64,000 nucleotides of DNA, from positions 736,001-800,000 of the forward strand of contig CAXXYH010000003.1 of assembly GCA_963677925.2 (NCBI GenBank). Reading direction: 5' to 3'. This document shows, in pieces, positions 30,131 to 40,005 of this stretch (positions within the stretch are counted from its first letter, which is position 1; each line of letters starts with the position of its first letter). A model generated the notes under the pieces. The model was given only the letters and a program-made list of their open reading frames with translations. It did no database searches and was not told the DNA's origin. The DNA is from Spirochaetia bacterium. GTDB taxonomy: Bacteria > Spirochaetota > Spirochaetia > UBA9216. A program made the translations under genes and the position numbers.

Positions 30131-30230
30131 ATCCGCTGATTCAAAAATCAAAAGTTACCAAAAAGTGCGTTCTTCACAAGCTTATACACTGATGCTACAA
30201 TTTCTGTTAATTCCAAACAGAGGTAAAGAT

Positions 30231-32192
30231 ATGCATAAATACAAAAACATGTTCAGCCCAGTCAAAATAAAAAATACCTATTTCAAAAACAGAGTGCTGG
30301 CATCACCGGTAACTACAAACAGGATTGCTATTGACGGAGCCCCGACACCCGAAGCAATTGATGTTTATGAAACAAGATCACGGGGAGGCTTTGCACAGGT
30401 AACCCTTACAGAAAGTTTTGTTGATTTTGAATTTGCAGCCCGTCATGAGCACGGGCTTGATCTTGTATCCAGCGATATGACCACCTACCACATGGAAGCT
30501 ATAGCTACTCTGACAGAAGCTATTAAGGCTCACGGTGCAGTTGCTTCCATTCAGTTCAACCATGTTGGGAATGTGAATCATCCGGATACCTGCATCGATC
30601 ATCGAAACCCGATCGGACCTTCAGCCTTCACTCGTTTCGACGGCGTTGAGATTGACGCGATGGATGAAGAAATGATGAACAGGGTTGCGGATAATTTTGC
30701 AAATGTCTGCGGCAACGCCAAGGCTCTGGGCTTTGATATGGTTATGCTCCACGGCGGACATGGATGGCTTTTATCACAGTTTACATCTCCCCTGTCAAAC
30801 AAGCGCACCGATGTGTGGGGAGGCTCACTTGAAAACAGGGCCAGGTTTCCTCTTCTTGTTCTTGACCGTGTAAGGAAAGAAGTAGGTGAAGACTTTCTTA
30901 TAGAATATCGTGTTTCAGGCGATGAAAGAGTAGATGGAGGAATGGGGCTTGAAGAGACTGCAGAGTTCTGTAAAATTATTGAGAGCAAAGTAGACCTTAT
31001 CCATGTGACTGCAGGAATATATCATTCCCATGTCGAGACAAAGGCTTTCTCATCAATGTTCGACAAGCACGGATGCAATGTAGATCTTGCAGCTGCAATT
31101 AAAAAGGCGGTAAATGTTCCGGTTGTCGCAGTCGGAGGCTTCAATGATCCCGAACTCATAGACAGGGTAATAGGTGAAGAACTCTGCGACTTTGTTGCTA
31201 TGGGAAGACAGCAGTTTGCCGACCCTGACTTCGTGAACAAAACCCTTGTCGGTAAAGAAGACGAAATCGCGCCCTGCCAGAGATGCTCCTGTTTCAATCC
31301 CCTTCCCTCTGATCCGGAAGCACGCAACGTAGCTCTTCCGTGGCACTGTACAGTTAACCCATGGTCCGGCAGAGAACTCAGATGGCGACAGGCTCCGGCT
31401 CCAAAAGCCTCAAGAGACGTTCTAGTAATCGGCGGAGGAGTCGGCGGACTGTATGCTGCAATCACTGCTGCAGAAAGAGGTCACAAAGTCACCCTTGCCG
31501 AAAAGAAGAACCGTCTCGGCGGTCATCTCTGGTTTACCGATCTTGAAGAGCATAAAAATGATTTGGCAAGATACAGGGATTCTCTAATTACCAGGGCTGA
31601 GAGATCCGGTGTAAAAATTGAACTCAACACAGAAGCCGATGAATCATATGTAAAATCCAAAGGCCCCTATGCCCTTATATGCGCAGCAGGTTCCGAACCG
31701 GCAGTACCGCCGATTACAGGAATAGAGAACGCTGAACACGCTTTTTATGTATACACCGATCCTGATAAACTTGGTCAAAGGATAACAGTTGTCGGCGGAG
31801 GCCTTGTAGGCTGTGAAACTGCCCTGCATCTTGCAGAGACCGGTCATGAAGTGACAGTTCTTGAAATGCTTGATGATATTGCAAAGGACGGAAACGACAG
31901 TCACCGCCGGGCACTGATTCCCAGGATGGAAAAACTGCTTGAATGGAAATGCAATGTACGAGTATCCGAGATTGAAGCTGACGGGGTAAAATATCTTGAT
32001 GAAAATAAAACAGAGCAGAGGATAGACACCGACAGCATCATCTATGCAATAGGCATGAAATCAAATTCATCAACCGTTGAAAAGCTGAGATTCAGTGCGC
32101 CGTTATTTTATGAGGTCGGTGACTGTGTTCACCCGAGGCTTATTAAGCAGGCCACATATGAAGGATTCTGCGCTGCTATGGATATTCTATGA
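30231..32192 (+). CDS. NADH:flavin oxidoreductase (OYE + Fe-S + FAD)
   Basis: HGGHGWL, NKRTD.WGGSLENR, CQRCSC, GGGLVGCE; likely start is the ATG at 30231. Confidence 0.9.
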   Translation: MHKYKNMFSPVKIKNTYFKNRVLASPVTTNRIAIDGAPTPEAIDVYETRSRGGFAQVTLTESFVDFEFAARHEHGLDLVSSDMTTYHMEAIATLTEAIKAHGAVASIQFNHVGNVNHPDTCIDHRNPIGPSAFTRFDGVEIDAMDEEMMNRVADNFANVCGNAKALGFDMVMLHGGHGWLLSQFTSPLSNKRTDVWGGSLENRARFPLLVLDRVRKEVGEDFLIEYRVSGDERVDGGMGLEETAEFCKIIESKVDLIHVTAGIYHSHVETKAFSSMFDKHGCNVDLAAAIKKAVNVPVVAVGGFNDPELIDRVIGEELCDFVAMGRQQFADPDFVNKTLVGKEDEIAPCQRCSCFNPLPSDPEARNVALPWHCTVNPWSGRELRWRQAPAPKASRDVLVIGGGVGGLYAAITAAERGHKVTLAEKKNRLGGHLWFTDLEEHKNDLARYRDSLITRAERSGVKIELNTEADESYVKSKGPYALICAAGSEPAVPPITGIENAEHAFYVYTDPDKLGQRITVVGGGLVGCETALHLAETGHEVTVLEMLDDIAKDGNDSHRRALIPRMEKLLEWKCNVRVSEIEADGVKYLDENKTEQRIDTDSIIYAIGMKSNSSTVEKLRFSAPLFYEVGDCVHPRLIKQATYEGFCAAMDIL

Positions 32193-32194
32193 CA

Positions 32195-32282
32195 AAAAAA
32201 ACACCCTGAACGAAGTCAGGGTGCTTTTGATATTCCATATCAAAGGGAGGGACCTGATGGTTTTCAGGTCCCTCTTTTTTTT
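32195..32282. terminator. Two tandem terminator hairpins between convergent genes
   Basis: CACCCTGA/TCAGGGTG and GAGGGACCTGA/TCAGGTCCCTC stems with A/T tracts. Confidence 0.75.
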
Positions 32283-32284
32283 GC

Positions 32285-33181
32285 TTAAGCTATTCCAAGC
32301 TGCTTTCTTACAGAATCACCATCGAAGGGTTTGATACCGAGGATTTCTCTTGCTTCGGCAGGAGTTGCAGGCTCGTTTCCGAAAGCCTTAACAGCACCAA
32401 CTGCTCTTTCAACAAGCATCTGGTTTGTGGCCTTTATCTTTGTACCGTCTTCTTCTACGCTGTATACTACGTTGTCTTCCATACCGACACGGATATGACC
32501 GCCCATGGCAAGCGCTGCATACATGATAGGCATATGTCCCTTACCGACACCGAAAGCAGACCACGTTGAACCTGCCGGAATGTGGTCAAGAAGATACATC
32601 AGGTTTTCAACTTCTGCCGGCATTGCACCAAGAACACCAAGACAGAACTGGTAGTGAAGAGGAGTCTGAAGGTTACCCTTCTTTACGTAATAGTTTGTAA
32701 CTCCGAGCATACCGGCATCAAAAATTTCGATCTCAGGTTTAATATTTCTTTCAGTATAAACATCAGCAAGTTCTTTAAGAAACTGCGGAGTATTCATAAA
32801 AACTCCGCCGGGCATCCAGTTAAAGGAACCTGCATCAAATGAACCCATTTCAATTCCATCTAGTGTCTTATGGTGAAGCATTCTGATTGCATTTCCTTCG
32901 GGGTCACCGCCTGAAACACGGTTGTCGCCTGAAGAAGTACAGTTTATAACAACATCACAATCCTTATACTCACGGATAAGTTTAATAGTTTTCTTGAATC
33001 TATCAGCATCCATGGTACCAAGTCCCTCTTCATCTCTCATATGAAGGTGAACTACAGCCGCCCCAAGTTTCCAGACCTCATATGCAGTCTTTGATATATC
33101 CTCCGGTGTTGCAGGGATATCAAAACCGGCAGGTGTTACAGCGCCGGTTATTGCGGCAGTAATAATGGTTTTCTTTGCCAT
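32285..33181 (-). CDS. Beta-keto acid cleavage enzyme (BKACE/DUF849, Kce family)
   Basis: ITAAITG, HLHMRD, E.EIFD.G, HIRVGMEDN. Confidence 0.9.
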   Translation of the reverse strand: MAKKTIITAAITGAVTPAGFDIPATPEDISKTAYEVWKLGAAVVHLHMRDEEGLGTMDADRFKKTIKLIREYKDCDVVINCTSSGDNRVSGGDPEGNAIRMLHHKTLDGIEMGSFDAGSFNWMPGGVFMNTPQFLKELADVYTERNIKPEIEIFDAGMLGVTNYYVKKGNLQTPLHYQFCLGVLGAMPAEVENLMYLLDHIPAGSTWSAFGVGKGHMPIMYAALAMGGHIRVGMEDNVVYSVEEDGTKIKATNQMLVERAVGAVKAFGNEPATPAEAREILGIKPFDGDSVRKQLGIA

Positions 33182-33391
33182 AATATTATATTCTCCTTAA
33201 ATTATTTATCAAACTTGATTTAAAGACTGTAAAAGTCTTTTCAGGATAATCCAAAAGAATTAAACTATTAAAGTTTATTACATTAAAGTAATCATATCAA
33301 GAAAATTATAGCTGTTTGGTCCAATCATTATTGAACTTCAGACAGATGATTATATTGATCTTTTATTCTGAATACTTTTTAAAGGGCGTAT

Positions 33392-34516
33392 ATGGACGGC
33401 AGAAAAATTTTTGTAATCAATAACGGGTCAACCTCCTGTAAGATCGCATTATTCGCAGATGAAAAAGTGCTCTTCAAGGAGGAGCTGTCAATTAATTCTG
33501 AAGATATTAAAGGTATGAAGTTTGTTATAGATCAGCTTGAAATGCGTACAGAAATGGTCACCGGATTTCTTCGTAAAAATAATATTGAGCCAGCTTCTTT
33601 TGATATGATCGTTGGCAGAGGCGGGCCAATCCCTCCGAGTGAAGCAGGCGCTTATGCGGTAAACGAGCTGATGATGAATACGCTGCGATATGCACCCATG
33701 GCTCAGCATGCAAGCGCCCTGTCCTGTCTGATTGGTTATGAACTATCACGCCCTTATAACACACCGGTAATTATTTATGATGCACCGGGGTCCGATGAAT
33801 TTATCCCCGAAGCAAAAATTACCGGATTACCAGAGGTTAAAATAATACCTGTGAGCCATGTTCTTAACACAAGAATGGTTGCCCGCGAAACCGCCGAAAT
33901 GATTGGAAAACCCTATGAAGACTGCAGCTTTATAGCAGCACACCTCGGCGGCGGAATATCAATCAACATTCACAGCGGCGGTAAAATCATAGACAGTGTT
34001 TACGATGATATGGGTCCGATGTCTCCACAGCGCGCGGGACGCATCCCCACCCGCTTCATGGTTAACCTCTGTTACAGCGGAAAATACAGTAGAGCTGAAA
34101 TGAAGTACCGCCTATCCGGAGCCGGAGGTCTGACTGCCTGGTTCGGAACCCAGGATCTGCGTATCGTGGAAAAGATGATTGACTCAGGAGATAAAGAAGC
34201 AACCCTTGTTTATGATGCAATGACATATCAGATTGCGAAAGGTATCGGAGAGCTTGCACCGGTTGTAAAAGGCAAAATTGATGCAGTCATCCTGACCGGC
34301 GGATGTGCCTTCAGTAGAAGGTTCACATCAAAAATCGCGGAGCGCATAGAGTTCATCGCACCTGTAAAAATATTTCCGGGTGAACGTGAGATGGAAGCGC
34401 TTGCACTCGGAGGGCTGAGGGTTCTTCGGGGACTTGAACCAGCAAAAGAATATAATATCCTCCCCGCCGGGTACAATAGCATTGATGAGTTCAACACAGC
34501 CTTCGGAATTAAATAA
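33392..34516 (+). CDS. Second butyrate-kinase-family acyl kinase
   Basis: INNGSTSCK, GRGG, HLGGGIS, PGEREMEAL. Confidence 0.85.
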   Translation: MDGRKIFVINNGSTSCKIALFADEKVLFKEELSINSEDIKGMKFVIDQLEMRTEMVTGFLRKNNIEPASFDMIVGRGGPIPPSEAGAYAVNELMMNTLRYAPMAQHASALSCLIGYELSRPYNTPVIIYDAPGSDEFIPEAKITGLPEVKIIPVSHVLNTRMVARETAEMIGKPYEDCSFIAAHLGGGISINIHSGGKIIDSVYDDMGPMSPQRAGRIPTRFMVNLCYSGKYSRAEMKYRLSGAGGLTAWFGTQDLRIVEKMIDSGDKEATLVYDAMTYQIAKGIGELAPVVKGKIDAVILTGGCAFSRRFTSKIAERIEFIAPVKIFPGEREMEALALGGLRVLRGLEPAKEYNILPAGYNSIDEFNTAFGIK

Positions 34517-34546
34517 AAAGGGCTGACTTCTTATAAGCCAGCCCTG
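34516..34546. terminator. Terminator hairpin between convergent genes
   Basis: AGGGCTGACTT/AAGCCAGCCCT imperfect stem next to an A tract. Confidence 0.55.
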
Positions 34547-34583
34547 ATATCGATTGTTTAATTACCTGCAGTAAAATCCTGCG

Positions 34584-36590
34584 CTAAATACGGTGCGCTA
34601 CACTGAATGCGCTTCTCATGGCTTCCTGTACTGTAGCAGGTTTCCTGCAGTCGGCAAGCATATAGAACTCTGCGGCAATACCGTAGAAATCAAGCGCTTC
34701 ATCCTTCAGAGGTTTCATACCTGCTGAAACAACAACATTATCGCAGGATATGGATTTAATAATTCCGCCAGCATCACTGTAGAGGACTTCTCCGTCCTTA
34801 ATCTCCACAACCTTGACATTCAGAAGAGCATGACAGTTCTTATGCTTTTCCCAGTAGGCTGTAAAAATTTCATGATAGTGAATCTTGGTTGCTTCTGCGG
34901 CAAGCTCATCCTTCATTTCAAGAACTGTTGCTTCACAGCCTTTTTCTTCAAGCAGCATTGCAGCCTCGACTCCAACTTCGCCGCCTCCGATTACGACAAC
35001 CTTCCTGCCGAATATTTCCGGTTTATGAAACGCATCGGAAGCTGATTTCACAAATTCTTTTTCTACGCCCGGTATCGGAGGAGTGGCAGGAACAGCACCC
35101 AAGGCCGCAACTATTGCATCATAATTTTCTTTTGCAAGAAGTTTCGGAGTTGCTTCGGTATTCATATTTATTTTAACTGCCCGTTTTTCCACCTGTGCGA
35201 TCAGCCAGTTTTTAAGATGCATTAAAGGCCATTTAAAGGGAGCATGATCGGAATGCTTTATTGCTCCGCCGAGTTCATCTGATTTTTCATAGAGCGTTAC
35301 ATCATGCCCCCGGTCGTGGAGATACATTGCACAGCGCATACCCGCTGGCCCGCCGCCTACAACGGCCACCTTCTTCTTACGGGTTACAGGGGAAATCATG
35401 CGGTCTATTTTGTGCTCAAGTCCGATGATAGGATTAACCGAACAGACAGAAACGAAGGGGTCATTTACACCGCGGCCGTGGCACTTGTTGCAGCGGATAC
35501 ATGGAACAACATCTTCAGGTCTGCCTTCCTTTACCATTTCGATATAATCAGGATTTGAAATCCAGGCTCTTGCCATATAGATCAGATCCAGCTTACCCTC
35601 TGCAAGAGCCTTCTCACAGGTGTCAAGATAATGGTAGCCTCCGGTACTGCCTACAATTAGATCATCACCTACCGCCTTTTTTATATAAGCGGCCTTTTCC
35701 AGAAAGGGAGTTTCCTCCAAGGTGAATCCAGTAGGATGGGCATCATCAACATTTTTGGCCCGCAGCTGGACAACGTCGATATACTTCTTTGCTTCATTCA
35801 GAAAGGTAACTGAATCATCAAGGGTATACCCTCCCTCTTCGTCTTCCTGTGACCAGATAATTTCCACAAGGAAATTTTTTCCGACTTTTTCACGAATCCT
35901 CTTAAGAACCTCAAGCGGAAACTTCATCCGGTTTTCAAGACTTCCACCATAGCCATCAGTTCTTTTATTTGTGATGGGCGACATAAACTTTGACGGAAGG
36001 TTGGCCCGGTAGCAGTAATGGATGCTTATCATATCAAAACCGAGCATCTTAAGAAGTGAGGCCTGCTCAGCATATGAATCACATATTTTATCGAGAGTTT
36101 CCTTGTCGTAGTCCTCGGGATTACCATGTGCAAATATTTTCTCAATCTCAAACTCCCGCATCGGCGGAGGGGCAAGCTCACCCGGCTTTACTTTTACAGG
36201 TTCAGGATCCTTCCACTTCATAATAGGATATGCAGACGGCGGGCCGACAAAAATTCCCATACAGGCGATTGAGTCGTGATAATGAATTGAATCAGCAAGC
36301 TGAAGAAGATAGTTCTGAGAGTTGGAATCGTACAGATCATAATCAGGGAAATGACTGAAATCGGCTTCCATCGGAAGCTGCTTTCCGATCGTAAAATTAT
36401 TTATTCCCATACATGTGGTAACAGCGGAACCTTTCGCCTTTCCTTCATAATGAGCAATTACACTGTCGGCAGGATATGTCTCAGGGCCCTGCAGAAAGTG
36501 CGGAAGTGAATTGGCAGCAACCATCCGGTTTTTAAATATATAGTTTCCTACTTTCAAAGGTGAAAGAAGGTGCTTATATCTGGGTTCCAT
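34584..36590 (-). CDS. NADH:flavin oxidoreductase (OYE + Fe-S + FAD), atypical HYCYR active site
   Basis: NKRTDGYGGSLENR, CIRCNKC, GGGPAG, GGGEVG. Confidence 0.9.
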   Translation of the reverse strand: MEPRYKHLLSPLKVGNYIFKNRMVAANSLPHFLQGPETYPADSVIAHYEGKAKGSAVTTCMGINNFTIGKQLPMEADFSHFPDYDLYDSNSQNYLLQLADSIHYHDSIACMGIFVGPPSAYPIMKWKDPEPVKVKPGELAPPPMREFEIEKIFAHGNPEDYDKETLDKICDSYAEQASLLKMLGFDMISIHYCYRANLPSKFMSPITNKRTDGYGGSLENRMKFPLEVLKRIREKVGKNFLVEIIWSQEDEEGGYTLDDSVTFLNEAKKYIDVVQLRAKNVDDAHPTGFTLEETPFLEKAAYIKKAVGDDLIVGSTGGYHYLDTCEKALAEGKLDLIYMARAWISNPDYIEMVKEGRPEDVVPCIRCNKCHGRGVNDPFVSVCSVNPIIGLEHKIDRMISPVTRKKKVAVVGGGPAGMRCAMYLHDRGHDVTLYEKSDELGGAIKHSDHAPFKWPLMHLKNWLIAQVEKRAVKINMNTEATPKLLAKENYDAIVAALGAVPATPPIPGVEKEFVKSASDAFHKPEIFGRKVVVIGGGEVGVEAAMLLEEKGCEATVLEMKDELAAEATKIHYHEIFTAYWEKHKNCHALLNVKVVEIKDGEVLYSDAGGIIKSISCDNVVVSAGMKPLKDEALDFYGIAAEFYMLADCRKPATVQEAMRSAFSVAHRI

Positions 36591-36659
36591 TATAAACTCC
36601 TTGATTTATTTTTAGAGGGTTAGTTTTTTTATCCGTAATTTTTTAAGTTCAATTTAAAC

Positions 36660-36686
36660 GAAAAGGCGCATATACTGCGCCTTTTC
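36660..36686 (-). terminator. Hairpin/terminator after dctP
   Basis: GAAAAGGCGCA-TATAC-TGCGCCTTTTC perfect stem. Confidence 0.75.
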
Positions 36687-36704
36687 ATATTTTTAAAATT
36701 GCTG

Positions 36705-37766
36705 TTAGAAAGAAATATTGTAGTTTGTGAACTCTGCCGCAGCCTTTAGTGCAGCCTTGATTTCAGCATCAAGCCCTCTCTCTTCAGCTGTCTTAAGAGA
36801 CATATCAACCTTTGACATGAACACTGCATTCCACCATGTGTCAAAGTCTGAATCACTCATTTCTACAACAGTACAGCCCTTGTCTTTAAGAAGCTGAACC
36901 TCATCTGCAATTGCCGATTCGTAGATAGTTGCACTGTACGCCATTACTTCATCAGCAGCCTGCTGAATGAGAGCCTGCTGGTCGGCAGAGAGACTGTCCC
37001 ACCATGCCAGGTTTACAGTAAGAAAGTTTCCTGCTGTGTATGTGTTATCAAGCATCCAGTAATCAGCAACTTCATAAATGCTCATTGAAATCATCGGGGC
37101 AAAACCCATCTGAGTTGCATCAACAACACCTCGGTCGAAGAAGTCATACATATCCCATGGGAGCATCTGAGTAACTCTGAAACCAAGTGATTCAAATTTT
37201 GCTGCTTCCATGTTTCCGAAAGAAGATGACCCCTTTGCCATGCTGGCAAGATCTGTAAAAGCGAAATTAGCACAGAATGCATTTGCACCGCCTGCGATTA
37301 CATTAAGGTACTTGATACCGTTCTTTTCAGCTTCAGCCTGAACAGCTGCTGAACTGTCAGAATCTTCAAAAAGAATATGCTTGAAGTAGTTCAATGCGTT
37401 CTCACTGTTATCCGGCGCAAAGTCGGGAACTGAACAAAGAATCGGAAGAGTTGCAAAATGCGGATTGTGACCTAGTGCAATCATCTGAACTGCACCGCTT
37501 GAAACAGCTTCAAGCTGATCATCATTTCCGTAAAGAGTTCCACCGTATTTAATGTTTACACGAATTTTACCATCTGAAATTTCCCCAAGGTTTTCAGCAA
37601 AATGCTTTAAAAGTGCACCCCCGGTTTCTGTTTCAGCAAAAGTTGAAGAAAAAAGAATTGTAAGAGGTTTTACACCTCCGTCTGATGAAGCTTCCTGACT
37701 TCCTGAAGCGAAGGCAGCGGAAGCAATGAGAGCCAATACAGCTAATAAAGCTATACCTTTTTTCAT
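36705..37766 (-). CDS. dctP: TRAP transporter substrate-binding protein (divergent)
   Basis: Signal peptide, G.I.V.I...G.L and G.VD motifs, in an operon with dctQ and dctM. Confidence 0.8.
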   Translation of the reverse strand: MKKGIALLAVLALIASAAFASGSQEASSDGGVKPLTILFSSTFAETETGGALLKHFAENLGEISDGKIRVNIKYGGTLYGNDDQLEAVSSGAVQMIALGHNPHFATLPILCSVPDFAPDNSENALNYFKHILFEDSDSSAAVQAEAEKNGIKYLNVIAGGANAFCANFAFTDLASMAKGSSSFGNMEAAKFESLGFRVTQMLPWDMYDFFDRGVVDATQMGFAPMISMSIYEVADYWMLDNTYTAGNFLTVNLAWWDSLSADQQALIQQAADEVMAYSATIYESAIADEVQLLKDKGCTVVEMSDSDFDTWWNAVFMSKVDMSLKTAEERGLDAEIKAALKAAAEFTNYNISF

Positions 37767-37805
37767 AATAGATCCCCCTAAAATAAATTTATTAATATTT
37801 ATTAC

Positions 37806-39155
37806 TTATGCCTTACCAAGCAGTGAAGGCAAAAATGTAACCAAATCAGGAAAAAATGCGATAACGAAAACCATCAGTATCTCACATATAAAAAACGGAA
37901 TAACGCCTTTAAAGATACTTGACGGATTAACTCTCAGCGCGTTTGCAGTTGCAAAAACGTTCATGCCTATCGGCGGTGTAAGCCCGGCAATCTCGGTCAT
38001 AAAACAAAGAGCTATAATAACTGCATATGGTGAATATCCGAGTGCAGTGAGAATCGGAAAAACAACCGGTACTGTAATAATGATGATTGAAACAATATCC
38101 ATAACGCATCCGCATACAATGTAAAGAAGCATTACAAGCAGGAAGATTATAAAAACCGGAGCATTTAATGCTGCAATAGCTGTGGACAGATAATCGGCCA
38201 AACCGCTTAATGCGATAAAACGTGAGAATATCTGACCGCCTACGATGATCGGAAAGATACCGCCTTCCATCAGGGCAGAATCCCAGATACAGTGAAAGAT
38301 ATGCTTAAGCGGAATTCTTTTTACCAAAGCATAAATACATACAGCAACAGCACCGATTGCACCGCCTACTGTAGCAGTGAACCATCCTAAAATCGTACCG
38401 CCGATAATCAGAGCGAACAGAGCAAGAATCGGAACAATCAATTTCAAAGATTTCAGCTTTTCAATCAGAGGAACTCTTTCTCCGGAGGAAGGAGGAATTG
38501 AACCCTTTTTAACTACCCCAAGCAGCCTCACGGTTACTGCAAGAGCAAGTGCTGTCACAATACCCGGGACAATTCCCGAAACCAGTGCAGTTCCTACCGA
38601 AATAGTCATGCGCTGCCCATGGAAAAGAATCGGACTTGGGGCCACCATACAGAACATTAGGATTCCCATGCTTGGAGGAATCAGCGTTGAAAGTGCGCCG
38701 GCTGCAGTAATACAGCCCATTGAATAAGATTCATCATACTTTGCTTTTTTTAGTTCAGGAATCGCAAGCTTTCCGAATACAATATTACCGGCTACAGACG
38801 AACCCGAACATGCACCGAATATCGCGTTGGAAGCAATGACAGTATAAAGAAGTCCTCCCCTTACCCTGCCAAGCCATTTGTGCATTGAAGCAAAAGCGCC
38901 TTCTGCAATCCCCGTCGCCCCGGCGAGGGCTCCGACAAGCATAAACAAAGGAAGAACCGCAAAATTATAATTTGCGCCAAGATTAAAAATTGCATCGGTG
39001 AACTGGGTGAGTGTCATATGCATTGTTCCGAAGCTTATAGCAATGAATCCTCCGAATGAAGCGACAAGCATCGATATAAAAACCGGAATCCCGCAGAAGA
39101 TCATCACCATCATTCCGACAAAAAAGCCAATACCTATTAGTGTTTCTGGTGTCAT
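37806..39155 (-). CDS. dctM: TRAP transporter large permease
   Basis: LPLF.L.G, FGACSGSS, LIPPS, TPPIG.N; likely start is the ATG at 39155. Confidence 0.9.
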   Translation of the reverse strand: MTPETLIGIGFFVGMMVMIFCGIPVFISMLVASFGGFIAISFGTMHMTLTQFTDAIFNLGANYNFAVLPLFMLVGALAGATGIAEGAFASMHKWLGRVRGGLLYTVIASNAIFGACSGSSVAGNIVFGKLAIPELKKAKYDESYSMGCITAAGALSTLIPPSMGILMFCMVAPSPILFHGQRMTISVGTALVSGIVPGIVTALALAVTVRLLGVVKKGSIPPSSGERVPLIEKLKSLKLIVPILALFALIIGGTILGWFTATVGGAIGAVAVCIYALVKRIPLKHIFHCIWDSALMEGGIFPIIVGGQIFSRFIALSGLADYLSTAIAALNAPVFIIFLLVMLLYIVCGCVMDIVSIIIITVPVVFPILTALGYSPYAVIIALCFMTEIAGLTPPIGMNVFATANALRVNPSSIFKGVIPFFICEILMVFVIAFFPDLVTFLPSLLGKA

Positions 39156-39168
39156 AAAATAATTTCCT

Positions 39169-39747
39169 TTAAACTTCCTCTGCGAATTTAATTTCTTCAG
39201 GGCCCTCAGGTTCCGGATCTGCAAAAACTCTTACAATAGCCCATATAAAAGATATTCCAAGAAGCAAAAAACCGAGTCCATGAACAAATGCGAACGGCCA
39301 TTTGGGCCAGGCGACTACACTCGTCTGTGATGTTATTGGTGATTTAGTTTCATAAAACCTAACCATCAGCACAAAGAAAGCACGGTAACTGATGAACAGG
39401 GTTATAGCTGCGCCCAGTGCATGACCGAGTACAATAAAGAATTTCTGAACAGCTTTCGGGAATTTTGATGACAGCATATCAATTGCAGTATGCCCTCGAT
39501 CAAGCGTAACAAAAGCTGAAGCAAGAAAAACGACCGGAATATGAAAGTACTGAATCAACGCCATCGACATCGGTATTCCGCTTACAAAGGGCACACCCGC
39601 TTTAGCCAATTTCTCACCAACAACGTTTAGAAAAGCTATCAGCATGATGATAACAAGACAGACGGCTGAGATGTAAGAAATTGTCTTGATGACTGAAACC
39701 AGAGTTCGATCTATTTTTTGAAAAACAGTGCTGTTATTAGCATCCAA
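39169..39747 (-). CDS. dctQ: TRAP transporter small permease
   Basis: 4 TM helices, H..ID motif; TTG start. Confidence 0.85.
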   Translation of the reverse strand: MDANNSTVFQKIDRTLVSVIKTISYISAVCLVIIMLIAFLNVVGEKLAKAGVPFVSGIPMSMALIQYFHIPVVFLASAFVTLDRGHTAIDMLSSKFPKAVQKFFIVLGHALGAAITLFISYRAFFVLMVRFYETKSPITSQTSVVAWPKWPFAFVHGLGFLLLGISFIWAIVRVFADPEPEGPEEIKFAEEV

Positions 39748-39833
39748 AATGTTCCAGACCTCCGTTGGAAAAGTATTTAAGAATAAAATAAAAATTTACG
39801 GATATGGCATTATAGGAGAGCAAATCGCAGCCT

Positions 39834-39873
39834 GCAACGTACATTATTGTACTTTCAGCACTCAAATTAATAC
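39834..39873 (-). promoter_or_regulatory. 40-nt shared promoter/operator motif (copy 2), upstream of dctQMP
   Basis: GCAACGTACATTATTGTACTTTCAGCACTCAAATTAATAC; 37/40 identical to the reverse complement of 53866-53905. Confidence 0.7.
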
Positions 39874-40005
39874 AAAAAAAACATATTTTTCACACAATTA
39901 ATAGCGGAACCTTTTTATATTCCGTAAGGATTGAATTTTGCTTACATATTATTATACAATACTGCTTCAGTATCAGCACCAGCTGAGCTTCGGAGCATAT
40001 TGTAT

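Noticed and set aside
33247-33345. Additional LysR-motif copies (TAATCCAAA..., TGGTCCAAT...) between BKACE and the second kinase
   Set aside because: Half-site spacing is off or half-sites are missing; too weak to count
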